Assembly: GCA_964534375.1 (NCBI GenBank)
Contig: CAZHPN010000125.1
Coordinates: 1 to 18,868, forward strand
Length of the DNA: 18,868 bases
From: an uncultured bacterium
GTDB taxonomy: Bacteria; Lernaellota; Lernaellaia; Lernaellales; Lernaellaceae
Direction: 5' to 3'
The position numbers and the translations under genes were made by a program. Below the pieces are notes generated by a model, which had not been told where the DNA came from, did not search any database, and saw nothing but the letters and a program-made list of their open reading frames with translations. Positions 8,640-17,229 of the stretch are shown piece after piece; positions within the stretch are counted from its first letter, which is position 1; the number at the start of each line of letters is the position of its first letter.

Positions 8640-9422
8640 TCAGCCGATCTTCTTCTTGGCCGCCTGCCACAGCGCTTCGAGTTCATTGATCGGCTTGCCG
8701 GCGAGCGTTTCGCCGCGAGCGCGCACCCGCCGCTCGACCTCCGCGAAGCGATTGACGAAGCGGGTCGACGCCCGCCGCACCGCGTCTTCGGCGTTGATGT
8801 CCAGATGCCGGCCGAGATTGACCAGCGCCAGAATCATGTCGCCCAGCTCGTGCTCGATCGCTGCGCGGTCGCCCGACGCCATCGCTTCGGCCAACTCGCC
8901 CTTTTCCTCTTCGACCTTCGCCCAGACCTGCGGCGCGTTTTCCCAGTCGAAGCCGACTTTCGCCGCGCGCTCGCTGACGCGGTACGCCCGCAGCAGCGCC
9001 GGCAACGAAGCGGGAACCTTCGCCATCTCGCCGGCGTACGTCGCGTTCTTCTTCTCGGCTTGCTTGATCTTGGCCCACTGTTCGACCACTTCCTCGGCGC
9101 TGCGCAATTTGGTTTCGCCGAAGATGTGCGGGTGGCGGCGCACCATCTTTTCGCCGACCCCTTGCAGCACGTCGGCGATCGTGAAATAGCCTTCTTCTTC
9201 CGCCACGTGGGCGAGGAAAATGATCTCCCACAGCGTGTCGCCGAGTTCCTCGGCCAGACCCGGCCAGTCGCGCTTGTCGGCGGCGTCGAGCGCTTCGTAG
9301 GCTTCTTCGAGAAAGTACTTCAGGATCGATTCGATCGTCTGCTCGTTGTCCCACGGGCAGCCGTCCGGCGCGTGGAGCTTCCCCACGATGGCGACGCAAT
9401 CCTCAAAACTGTAACGGGCCAC
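8640..9422 (-). CDS. mazG: Nucleoside triphosphate pyrophosphohydrolase MazG (tandem domain)
   Basis: 260 aa, GTG start with AAGGAG upstream. GCPWDNEQT, EEAYE, EELGD, KMVRRHPHIF, LPALLRA, VGFDW, ELGD. Confidence 0.95.
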   Translation of the reverse strand: MARYSFEDCVAIVGKLHAPDGCPWDNEQTIESILKYFLEEAYEALDAADKRDWPGLAEELGDTLWEIIFLAHVAEEEGYFTIADVLQGVGEKMVRRHPHIFGETKLRSAEEVVEQWAKIKQAEKKNATYAGEMAKVPASLPALLRAYRVSERAAKVGFDWENAPQVWAKVEEEKGELAEAMASGDRAAIEHELGDMILALVNLGRHLDINAEDAVRRASTRFVNRFAEVERRVRARGETLAGKPINELEALWQAAKKKIG

Positions 9423-9589
9423 TTTGCGGCTCCTTCCGTCGAGGAACTTTTCTACCGCGGTGGGCGCGGCGCGGCAAGGATTTTCTTACGCCGCGCGATT
9501 TTCATCGACTGGACCGGAATGGAGAATGAAGAATTGGCCGCGTCGCCCGAATTTCTCCATAAACGATCGACCCGCCTGGGCGTCAGCGC

Positions 9590-10765
9590 CTAGGGCGCCG
9601 GCGCCGTCTTGACGACGCGGAAGCCAACGTAGCCGGCGCGGTAGCCCAGGGCGGGGTCGTGGCTGCGATACGCCGAGCGGCAGCCGCTGGCCGCGCAGTC
9701 CCAACAGCCTCCCCGGAGCACATGGGCGGCGCCAACCGCCGGATCCACCACGGGGTCCGTATCCGGCCCGGCGTCGTAGGTCGCGTATCCGTCCCACACC
9801 CATTCCCAGACGTCGCCGCTCATGTCGTAAAGGCTCCACGCGTTAGGCAGTTTCTCGCCGACGGGCCGGACGTGTTCATTGTCGTTGCCGCAATACCAGC
9901 CAATCGTATTGAGATTCGGATCGACCGGGCTGCAATCGACCTCGGTGATCGGGCCGTCGTAAAAGGCCGTAGTCGTATCGGCCCGGGTCGCGTATTCCCG
10001 CTCCGCCTCGGTCGGCAGCCGGTAGCCCGTGCATTCGTAAACCGTGTCCACGCCGTTGAGCGTCCAAGCGCCGTTCATAATGCCGTTGTATATGGCGCTC
10101 TCGCATTGCATGTAGTCGTCGCCGACGTTGGTGCCGGTTTGGCAGACCACCTGCGTCAGGACGTAGCAGGGCGGCAAGCCATCGGCCAGCGAAAGTTGGT
10201 TCGCGTACGCTACTGCGTCCCACCAACTTACCAACTCGACCGGGCAATCGCCGCCGCAGTCGGCCTTGTAGGAACTCGGGTTCCAGCCCATTAGCGTGGT
10301 GAACTGGCTCTGCAGCGTCGCGTAAATGCTCATTTCGAAATCCCGCGTCAGGGTCACCTGATGTTGGTTTTCGTCGCCGCCCCGGCCCGGCTCATCCGTC
10401 GGGCTGCCCATCGTGAACGTGCCGTGTGGAATCGTCACAAAGCCGGGCGACACATCGTCATCGGCCGGCGCCGTGTCATCGTTGTCGTCGTCGTCGTCGG
10501 GCGACGCATCGTCGTCATTGTCGTCGTCGTCGTCGGGCGACGCATCGTCGTCATTGTCGTCGTCGTCGGGCGACGCATCGTCGTCATGGTCGTCGTCAGG
10601 CGATGCGTCATCGTCGGGCGACGCGTCATCGTCGAGCGACGCGTCATCGTCATTCACCTGCAGGGTCGCCTCGCTGCCGCTGCTGCACGAACAGCCGCTA
10701 GCGGCGGCGCAAGCGACCAACGCCACGGTCAACAAAAAGAACAGATTCCATCTGCGGCGGTTCAC
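9590..10765 (-). CDS. FGE-sulfatase (SUMF1/formylglycine-generating enzyme-like) domain lipoprotein with Asp-rich linker
   Basis: The likely start is GTG 10765, after AGGAGG (the ORF track extends to 11152). Lipoprotein-like signal ending AASGC. DDDASP repeats. Domain motifs GTFTMGSP, HQVTLTRDF, YRLPTEAEREYA, PNAWSLYDMSGDVWEW, RGGCW, RSAYR, GFRVV. Confidence 0.88.
   Translation of the reverse strand: MNRRRWNLFFLLTVALVACAAASGCSCSSGSEATLQVNDDDASLDDDASPDDDASPDDDHDDDASPDDDDNDDDASPDDDDDNDDDASPDDDDDNDDTAPADDDVSPGFVTIPHGTFTMGSPTDEPGRGGDENQHQVTLTRDFEMSIYATLQSQFTTLMGWNPSSYKADCGGDCPVELVSWWDAVAYANQLSLADGLPPCYVLTQVVCQTGTNVGDDYMQCESAIYNGIMNGAWTLNGVDTVYECTGYRLPTEAEREYATRADTTTAFYDGPITEVDCSPVDPNLNTIGWYCGNDNEHVRPVGEKLPNAWSLYDMSGDVWEWVWDGYATYDAGPDTDPVVDPAVGAAHVLRGGCWDCAASGCRSAYRSHDPALGYRAGYVGFRVVKTAPAP
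10445..10654 (-). repeat. Coding tandem repeat encoding (D3-5[N/H])DDDASP units
   Basis: Translation: NDDDASLDDDASPDDDASPDDDHDDDASPDDDDNDDDASPDDDDDNDDDASPDDDDDNDDTAPADDDVSP. The DNA has gtc/tcg trinucleotide runs. Confidence 0.9.
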
Positions 10766-10951
10766 GGCAACACCTCCTGTTTTTACAATCGAACGTTTCC
10801 TCCGGCGCCGGCCATACCCGTTTTCGCGGACCCGGCGTCGTACGACCATTGTTCTGTTGGCGATTGTCCGCCGGTCGCCGCGCGCTGTCAACGTTTCTTC
10901 AATGTCTGATAACGCTTCCTTATCCCGGGTGTCCCCGCCCGCCCTGATCCG

Positions 10952-11336
10952 TTGTGGCGCAGCCGCCCTCGGCTGTGCTTCCTGGGACCGCCAGAGCCCG
11001 TCCCCGCGAAGGCCTGCCCCCGCGACGGAGACTGTCGATAAATCGATCACTGCGCGCCGCACGTCCGCCGAGGTGTCTCGCCAATCCCGTAAACGCGATC
11101 CACGCTGGAATAAGCGGCAAATAATGCGGCCACGAACAAGTTCGTTTTCCAACTTTTGGCCGGTCAGGGGAAAATCGACGGCCTCGAAGGCGGGGGGCCT
11201 CGTTGGCGTTTATGGATTTTCCGTCGCCGACGGGGCCCCCGCCTTCGCGAGGGCAGGCTAGGCGCTCCCATCAAGTGCAACGCCGGCGGGACACCGGCGG
11301 TCCCGGGAAACACAGCCGAGGGCCGCTGCGCCACAA
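10952..11336. repeat. Non-coding element bounded by 41-bp imperfect inverted repeats (REP-doublet/REPIN-like)
   Basis: ttgtggcgcagccgccctcggctgtgcttcctgggaccgcc (10952-10992) matches the reverse complement of 11296-11336 with 3 mismatches. Further internal inverted motifs: cctgcccccgcga near 11013 and tcgcgagggcagg near 11245. Confidence 0.85.
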
Positions 11337-11345
11337 AATAGGACG

Positions 11346-11383
11346 CGGGATTCGGGGCTCAGGAATCGGGAATCGGGATTCGG
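11346..11383. repeat. Heptamer tandem repeat (cgggaat-like, ~5 units)
   Basis: cgggatt cggggct caggaat cgggaat cgggatt cgg. Confidence 0.7.
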
Positions 11384-11530
11384 GCAGTCCACACATTACA
11401 CGGATTGCACAGATTGCCATCGTTCTTGATTCGCCCCGCCGGCGGCCGTCTTGGATGTGTTGACACCGTTTGCGGCGCTGATTACGTTCGCGCAGGCTGC
11501 AATCGGCGGCTTTTCGCGAAGGAACGCATC

Positions 11531-12733
11531 GTGTCCAAGACCCAAAGCATCATTGAGCAAACCGAAAAATACTGCGCGCACAACTACCAACCGCTGCCGG
11601 TCGTCCTCGCGGCGGGCCAGGGCGTCTGGGTGACCGACGTCGAAGGCCGGCGGTATCTCGATTGCCTTTCCGCCTATTCGGCCGTGTCGCACGGCCATTG
11701 CCATCCGCGGTTGCTCCGGGCGCTGACGGACCAGGCCGGCCGTCTCGCGGTCAGCAGCCGCGCGTTCCACAGCGAGCACCTCGGCCCGTGGGCGCAGGAA
11801 TTGACCGCGCTGTGCGAAATGGAAATGGCGCTGCCGATGAACACCGGCGCGGAAGCGGTGGAGACCGCGCTGAAAGCCGCGCGGAAATGGGGATATTGCG
11901 CCAAGGGCGTGCCGCGGCACGAGGCCAAAATCATCGCCTGCGCCAACAACTTTCACGGCCGGACGACGACGCTCGTCAGCTTTTCGACCGAGGAACTCTA
12001 TCGCGAGGACTTCGGCCCCTACACGCCGGGTTTTGCGACGATCCCCTTCGGCGACAGCGCGGCGCTCGAGGCCGCGATCGACGACCGCACCGTCGCGTTT
12101 CTCGTGGAGCCGATTCAGGGCGAAGCCGGCGTGATCGTGCCGCCCGCCGGTTATCTGAAACGGGTGCGCGAGATCTGCACGCGGCGCAACGTGTTGATGA
12201 TCTGCGACGAAATCCAGGTCGGCCTCGCCCGCACCGGCGCGATGTTCGCCTGGATGCACGAGGGCGCGAAACCCGACCTGATGACCCTCGGCAAATCGCT
12301 GGGCGGCGGTTTTCTGCCGATCAGCGCCTGCGTCGGCTCGGCGGCCGTGCTCGGCCTGCTGCGTCCGGGCGAACACGGCTCGACCTTCGGCGGCAATGCG
12401 CTGGCCTGCGCGGTGTCGCGCGAGGCGATGCGCGTGCTGCAGGAAGAGCATCTCGCCGAACGCGCGAAAGCGATGGGCGAACGGCTGCTGGCCGGCCTGC
12501 GCGGCATCAAGTGCGACCGGATCAAAGAGGTCCGCGGCAAAGGCCTGTTGCTGGCGATCGAGCTGCGGCCCGGCAAATGCAACGCCCGCGTGATTTGCGA
12601 AGCCCTGAAAGACGAAGGGCTGCTGTGCAAAGAGACGCACGGGACGACCATTCGTTTCGCGCCGCCGCTGGTCATCACGGAAGCCGAGGTTGACCTGATC
12701 GTGCAAATCGCGGAAAAAGTGTTCGCGAACTGA
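11531..12733 (+). CDS. rocD: Ornithine--oxo-acid transaminase (class III PLP aminotransferase)
   Basis: The likely start is GTG 11531, after [79 protein letters not shown] (PLP Lys), [10 protein letters not shown]. Confidence 0.93.
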   Translation: MSKTQSIIEQTEKYCAHNYQPLPVVLAAGQGVWVTDVEGRRYLDCLSAYSAVSHGHCHPRLLRALTDQAGRLAVSSRAFHSEHLGPWAQELTALCEMEMALPMNTGAEAVETALKAARKWGYCAKGVPRHEAKIIACANNFHGRTTTLVSFSTEELYREDFGPYTPGFATIPFGDSAALEAAIDDRTVAFLVEPIQGEAGVIVPPAGYLKRVREICTRRNVLMICDEIQVGLARTGAMFAWMHEGAKPDLMTLGKSLGGGFLPISACVGSAAVLGLLRPGEHGSTFGGNALACAVSREAMRVLQEEHLAERAKAMGERLLAGLRGIKCDRIKEVRGKGLLLAIELRPGKCNARVICEALKDEGLLCKETHGTTIRFAPPLVITEAEVDLIVQIAEKVFAN

Positions 12734-12786
12734 CCGCGCCGGCCCGCCGAAAACGCCGCCGCGCGACCTCGCCCTCGCCGACTTGA

Positions 12787-14082
<1,296 letters not shown>

Positions 14083-14097
14083 CCGTTTCCGGCCGGG

Positions 14098-15411
14098 TCA
14101 GAAGCGGTACGCCGTCGACAGCAGCACATTGGCCGTCTCGATCGTCACATTCCCCGTTCCCGCCACGGACGTAATGGTCTGGCCGCGCTGGGCGAGTTTG
14201 GTGATCGACACCTTGCCCGCGCCCCAGCCATAATTGACGCCGAGAGTGGTCGTGGACTGCAGGTGGATGAGGCCCGTGCAGAAGGTCGCGCCGTAGGTGT
14301 CGATTTTTGCGTTGGCGTACGGCGAGAAGTTGGTGTAGAAGCCGGCCTGCAGCGGCACCGTCTCGCGGATGACGTATTCCCCGCCGACATTGAGATTCGC
14401 GATTTGGTTGACCTTCACGTGCGACGCGACGGACGCGACGCTGGCGTCCTGGTAGTTGTCCGGGCCGAAATACTTCACATCCACGGACGCCGTGTAATGC
14501 AGCGGGCGCGCCCACGCGAAGCCGAGGCCGGCCATCAGCGAGTCGTGGCGAATGGGTCGATAATTCGTTTGATCCTTGGTCACCGAGGCTTGCCCGTTGT
14601 AGGCGGCGAGCCCGGAATCCGCCTCCGAACCCTGGCCCCAGGCCTGCAGCGACGGCGAGCGGAAAACCAGGCCCAAGCGGAAATCGCCGTAGACCATCGC
14701 GCCGCCGACTTCGAGCAGCAGATTCAGGGTCTTGATGTCCGTCGTGGTGTTGCTGGCGATGTCGAGCTTGCTCGTGAGCACGGGAAAATTCTGCGGGCCG
14801 AACGAACCGGTGAAGTTGCTGTTGAACATTTCCTGCCCGAACATGCCGTAGAGCGTGGCGCCGACGCCGAAATGCTCGCTGAGCCGCCGCGCGTACGACG
14901 GACCGAACCAATACGTCTGGTTTTGATACTGGCTCGTAAAGAGCGTGCCGCCGCCGGTGTACTTCGTCTGGTTGCGGTAGTCGAAGTAGTCCGGAACCAC
15001 AATCGAGAGCGCGACGACGTTGTCTTTCGGGCCCTTGTCGTCGAAGCTGAGCGAACCGAAGCGATAGACCGTGCCGAACAGCGACGGGATGGCGTAGTAG
15101 GTGTCCACGTTCAAACTGCCCGCAGCGTTGCCGATCGTCACCGCGTTGGTCAGCCGCGCGCTGGTGAAGCCGTAGACCGTGCCGCTCAGGCTCAAGCTGC
15201 TGTTCGTCGCAAACGCCAGCCCGGCCGGGTTGTAGTAGCAGCCGGACGCGTCGTCCGAGATGGCGATGTAGGCGCCGCCCAGGCCGGCCGCGTGCTCGCC
15301 GATCGGATACTGCTGGTAGTTGAGCGCCCACGCGTTCGGCGCAACGGACATCGCGACGGCAAACGCCGCCGCCGCGACCCACAGCCTTGCCGCAAATTTT
15401 CGAGTTTTCAT
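14098..15411 (-). CDS. FadL/OmpP1-family outer-membrane transporter of hydrophobic compounds
   Basis: Signal peptide ending AWA. GEHAAGLGGAYIAISDDASGCYYNPAGLA is the FadL hatch NPA motif. Amphipathic beta-strands and a C-terminal AYRF beta-signal. Start ATG 15411 (TTG 15420 is an alternative). Confidence 0.85.
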   Translation of the reverse strand: MKTRKFAARLWVAAAAFAVAMSVAPNAWALNYQQYPIGEHAAGLGGAYIAISDDASGCYYNPAGLAFATNSSLSLSGTVYGFTSARLTNAVTIGNAAGSLNVDTYYAIPSLFGTVYRFGSLSFDDKGPKDNVVALSIVVPDYFDYRNQTKYTGGGTLFTSQYQNQTYWFGPSYARRLSEHFGVGATLYGMFGQEMFNSNFTGSFGPQNFPVLTSKLDIASNTTTDIKTLNLLLEVGGAMVYGDFRLGLVFRSPSLQAWGQGSEADSGLAAYNGQASVTKDQTNYRPIRHDSLMAGLGFAWARPLHYTASVDVKYFGPDNYQDASVASVASHVKVNQIANLNVGGEYVIRETVPLQAGFYTNFSPYANAKIDTYGATFCTGLIHLQSTTTLGVNYGWGAGKVSITKLAQRGQTITSVAGTGNVTIETANVLLSTAYRF

Positions 15412-15518
15412 AAGGAACAAATAATAATCGGCGCGCGGGTTTTCAATGGGGCGAGGGAAAGGCGCGGCCGCGCGGTTGGGAGGCGCGTTGGCCCGCGGGA
15501 CCTGCGTCGAGAAGACTG

Positions 15519-15553
15519 CTGGGAGTTATGGGAACTCTGGGAGTTCTGGGAGT
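15519..15553. repeat. 9-bp tandem repeat (ctgggagtt-like x4)
   Basis: ctgggagtt atgggaact ctgggagtt ctgggagt. The reverse complement resembles the 492-536 repeat (tccca core). Confidence 0.7.
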
Positions 15554-15629
15554 CGGGCGGCTTCCGCCATCTCATGCGCATCAATCAAGCGGCTGGCGAC
15601 ACGAAAATCGACAGTCGCAGGGCGCGGAG

Positions 15630-15830
15630 AAGCCCCGGCAGGGGCGCAGGCCAATAGCCCAGGAATTTTATTCCTGGGTTTCGAGGGAACATCATATCTT
15701 ATGAGAACAGGGCGGGGCTCAAGCGGGCCGAAGGGCCGTTTGAGCCCCGCCCTGTTCAAAAAAAGACATGCCTGGCGCGCATACCCAGCGATGAATCGCT
15801 GGGCTATTAACCTGCGCCCCGCTGGGGCTT
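15630..15830. repeat. REPIN-like element: ~48-bp inverted arms plus a central perfect 18-bp stem
   Basis: aagccccggcaggggcgcaggccaatagcccaggaattttattcctggg (15630-15678) pairs with the reverse complement of 15784-15830. Central stem: gaacagggcggggctcaa 15705-15722 / ttgagccccgccctgttc 15740-15757. Confidence 0.85.
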
Positions 15831-15842
15831 TGCGACTGCCGC

Positions 15843-16175
15843 GAGCGCCAACGGCGCGAAATATAATAGCCTGGGTCGAAGGCCGAAGGCCGTAGGCCCA
15901 GGACGAAAAGGCGTCGTTATTATTCATTCGTCCCGCGCGCCATCGGCGCGCGACACGCCGTCGTCGGCTTGGAGGCGGTATGCCGCTGCGGCAGCACGGC
16001 CTCTCGTATGATGAACGGTTCCTGCGGAATTGACGGCGCCGCCGGCGCCAAAGTTTGCGATATCGCGCACCGTCGGCGCGCCGGATTGTTGGGATGGATA
16101 CGAACGGCGGCTTTCCTGGGCCTGCGGCCCGACGGCCTCCGACCCAGGCTATAATGTATCGCGCCCTTGGCGCTC
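15843..16175. repeat. REPIN-like element with ~61-bp inverted arms and nested inner inverted repeats
   Basis: gagcgccaacggcgcgaaatataatagcctgggtcgaaggccgaaggccgtaggcccagga (15843-15903) versus the reverse complement of 16114-16175 (gagcgccaagggcgcgatacattatagcctgggtcggaggccgtcgggccgcaggcccagga). Inner pair: 15935-15955 / 16061-16081. Confidence 0.88.
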
Positions 16176-16201
16176 CATCTGGACCCCCGGTCGAACCGGG
16201 G

Positions 16202-16308
16202 GTGACGGTAAAGGGGCGGTCCCGCCGCGCCAATGGGCTTGTTTTGTGTTTCATCTTTCATGCCCTAAATAGTGACGGTAAAGGGGCGGTCCCGCCGCGC
16301 CAGTGGGC
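16202..16308. repeat. Two 37-bp direct repeats separated by a 33-bp AT-rich spacer
   Basis: gtgacggtaaaggggcggtcccgccgcgcca(a/g)tgggc at 16202-16238 and 16272-16308, 1 mismatch. Spacer ttgttttgtgtttcatctttcatgccctaaata. Confidence 0.9.
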
Positions 16309-16533
16309 GCAACGGCTGTATGGCGAATGTTGAATGGAGAATGGCGAATTGACGGCCCCCAGCCAACCGTCCAAAAGGGCGGGCTTGTGCGGCCGCACGT
16401 CGTGCGGCCGTTGAGGGCCCAGCGCGCTGTGCCCCTGCGCCTGGCCGCGCCGGCGGCGCGGAGAGCCTGGCGACCCCGCCGGCCCGCGGGGCCGGCGTCG
16501 GGGAAGCGGGCCGAAACGGCCGAGCGCCGGCGA

Positions 16534-17229
16534 CTAGCGCGGCCCGCGGCCGCCGTTCGCGGGCATGATCTGCACGCGTTTGAGGTCGCCTTCGCCGATC
16601 GACTTGGTGCGCAGTTCGGCAAAGGTCTTGATTTCGGAATGCACGATCTTGCGCATGGCGGCGTCGAGCAACTCGGTGCGCTGCGGCTGGCCGGACGTCA
16701 GCACCTTGTCGGCGAGCTGGCGGGCCTTTTCGCGCAGCGCCTCCATCCGGCGTTCGCGGTAGCGCTCGGAATCGACGAGGATGCGCTTGCCGCCCCAACC
16801 CTGTTTTTGCGACATCAGGGTCATCAGGTACTGAATCGCTTCGAGCGTGGCGCCTTTGCGGCCGATGAACACGCCGCTGCCGGCGGCTTTGACGTCGAGG
16901 ATGAAGTGCTCGTCGGTTTCGCGCGCGTCGACCCGGGCGTCGGGCGCGACGGCCGCGGCGATGTGCGTCAACGCCGCCACCGGATCGAAGCCGGAGCCGA
17001 CGGCGCGCGGCGCGCGGCTGAACCGCAACTCGTCGCCAGGAACCTCCGCCTTCAGCCCGGCGAGAATACGGACCTTGCGGCCGAACAACGACGAGAACGA
17101 ACCGGGTTGGGCGAGAATTTCCACTTCGAGACTCTCGGCGGCGACGCCGAGCGCCTGTGCGGCGGCGGCCAAAGCCTCATCCATGGTCTTGCCGGTGAAC
17201 TCCTGCTTGGCGTCGGTCGTTTCAGTCAT
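16534..17229 (-). CDS. jag: RNA-binding protein Jag/KhpB/EloR (Jag_N-KH-R3H)
   Basis: 231 aa. Jag_N EFTGKTMDEALAAA...FSSLFGRK, KH IGRKGATLEAIQYL, R3H RKIVH. It overlaps the yidC stop by 8 bp, the conserved yidC-jag order. Confidence 0.93.
   Translation of the reverse strand: MTETTDAKQEFTGKTMDEALAAAAQALGVAAESLEVEILAQPGSFSSLFGRKVRILAGLKAEVPGDELRFSRAPRAVGSGFDPVAALTHIAAAVAPDARVDARETDEHFILDVKAAGSGVFIGRKGATLEAIQYLMTLMSQKQGWGGKRILVDSERYRERRMEALREKARQLADKVLTSGQPQRTELLDAAMRKIVHSEIKTFAELRTKSIGEGDLKRVQIMPANGGRGPR

Noticed and set aside
5631..9422. Helicase + MazG as an anti-phage defence module
   Set aside because: Both are canonical housekeeping forms (PcrA with a Tudor-like tail, tandem-domain MazG). 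They are on opposite strands, and no defence partners are present.
9590..9730. Complete diversity-generating retroelement
   Set aside because: No template repeat, reverse transcriptase or Avd gene was seen in the window.
10766..11152. N-terminal 129-aa extension of the FGE ORF
   Set aside because: It runs through an inverted-repeat element. A strong AGGAGG plus GTG at 10765 gives a proper lipoprotein signal peptide.
11405..11530. Upstream extension of rocD
   Set aside because: Homology-type motifs begin at GTG 11531, which has an RBS. The extension looks non-coding.
15705..15764. Rho-independent terminator
   Set aside because: The stem is followed by an A-run on the + strand, so neither strand has a U-tract 3' of the hairpin. 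It is better explained as the centre of the inverted-repeat element.
15526..16254. 242-aa ORF across the repeat region as a possible transposase
   Set aside because: It has no HUH/Y1 or DDE motif. Its internal peptide repeats (IIAWV/TQAII) merely translate the inverted-repeat arms.
16202..16308. Bona fide CRISPR array
   Set aside because: There are only two repeats, no cas genes or evident leader, and the repeat ends are atypical. It is kept as a repeat and as a finding.
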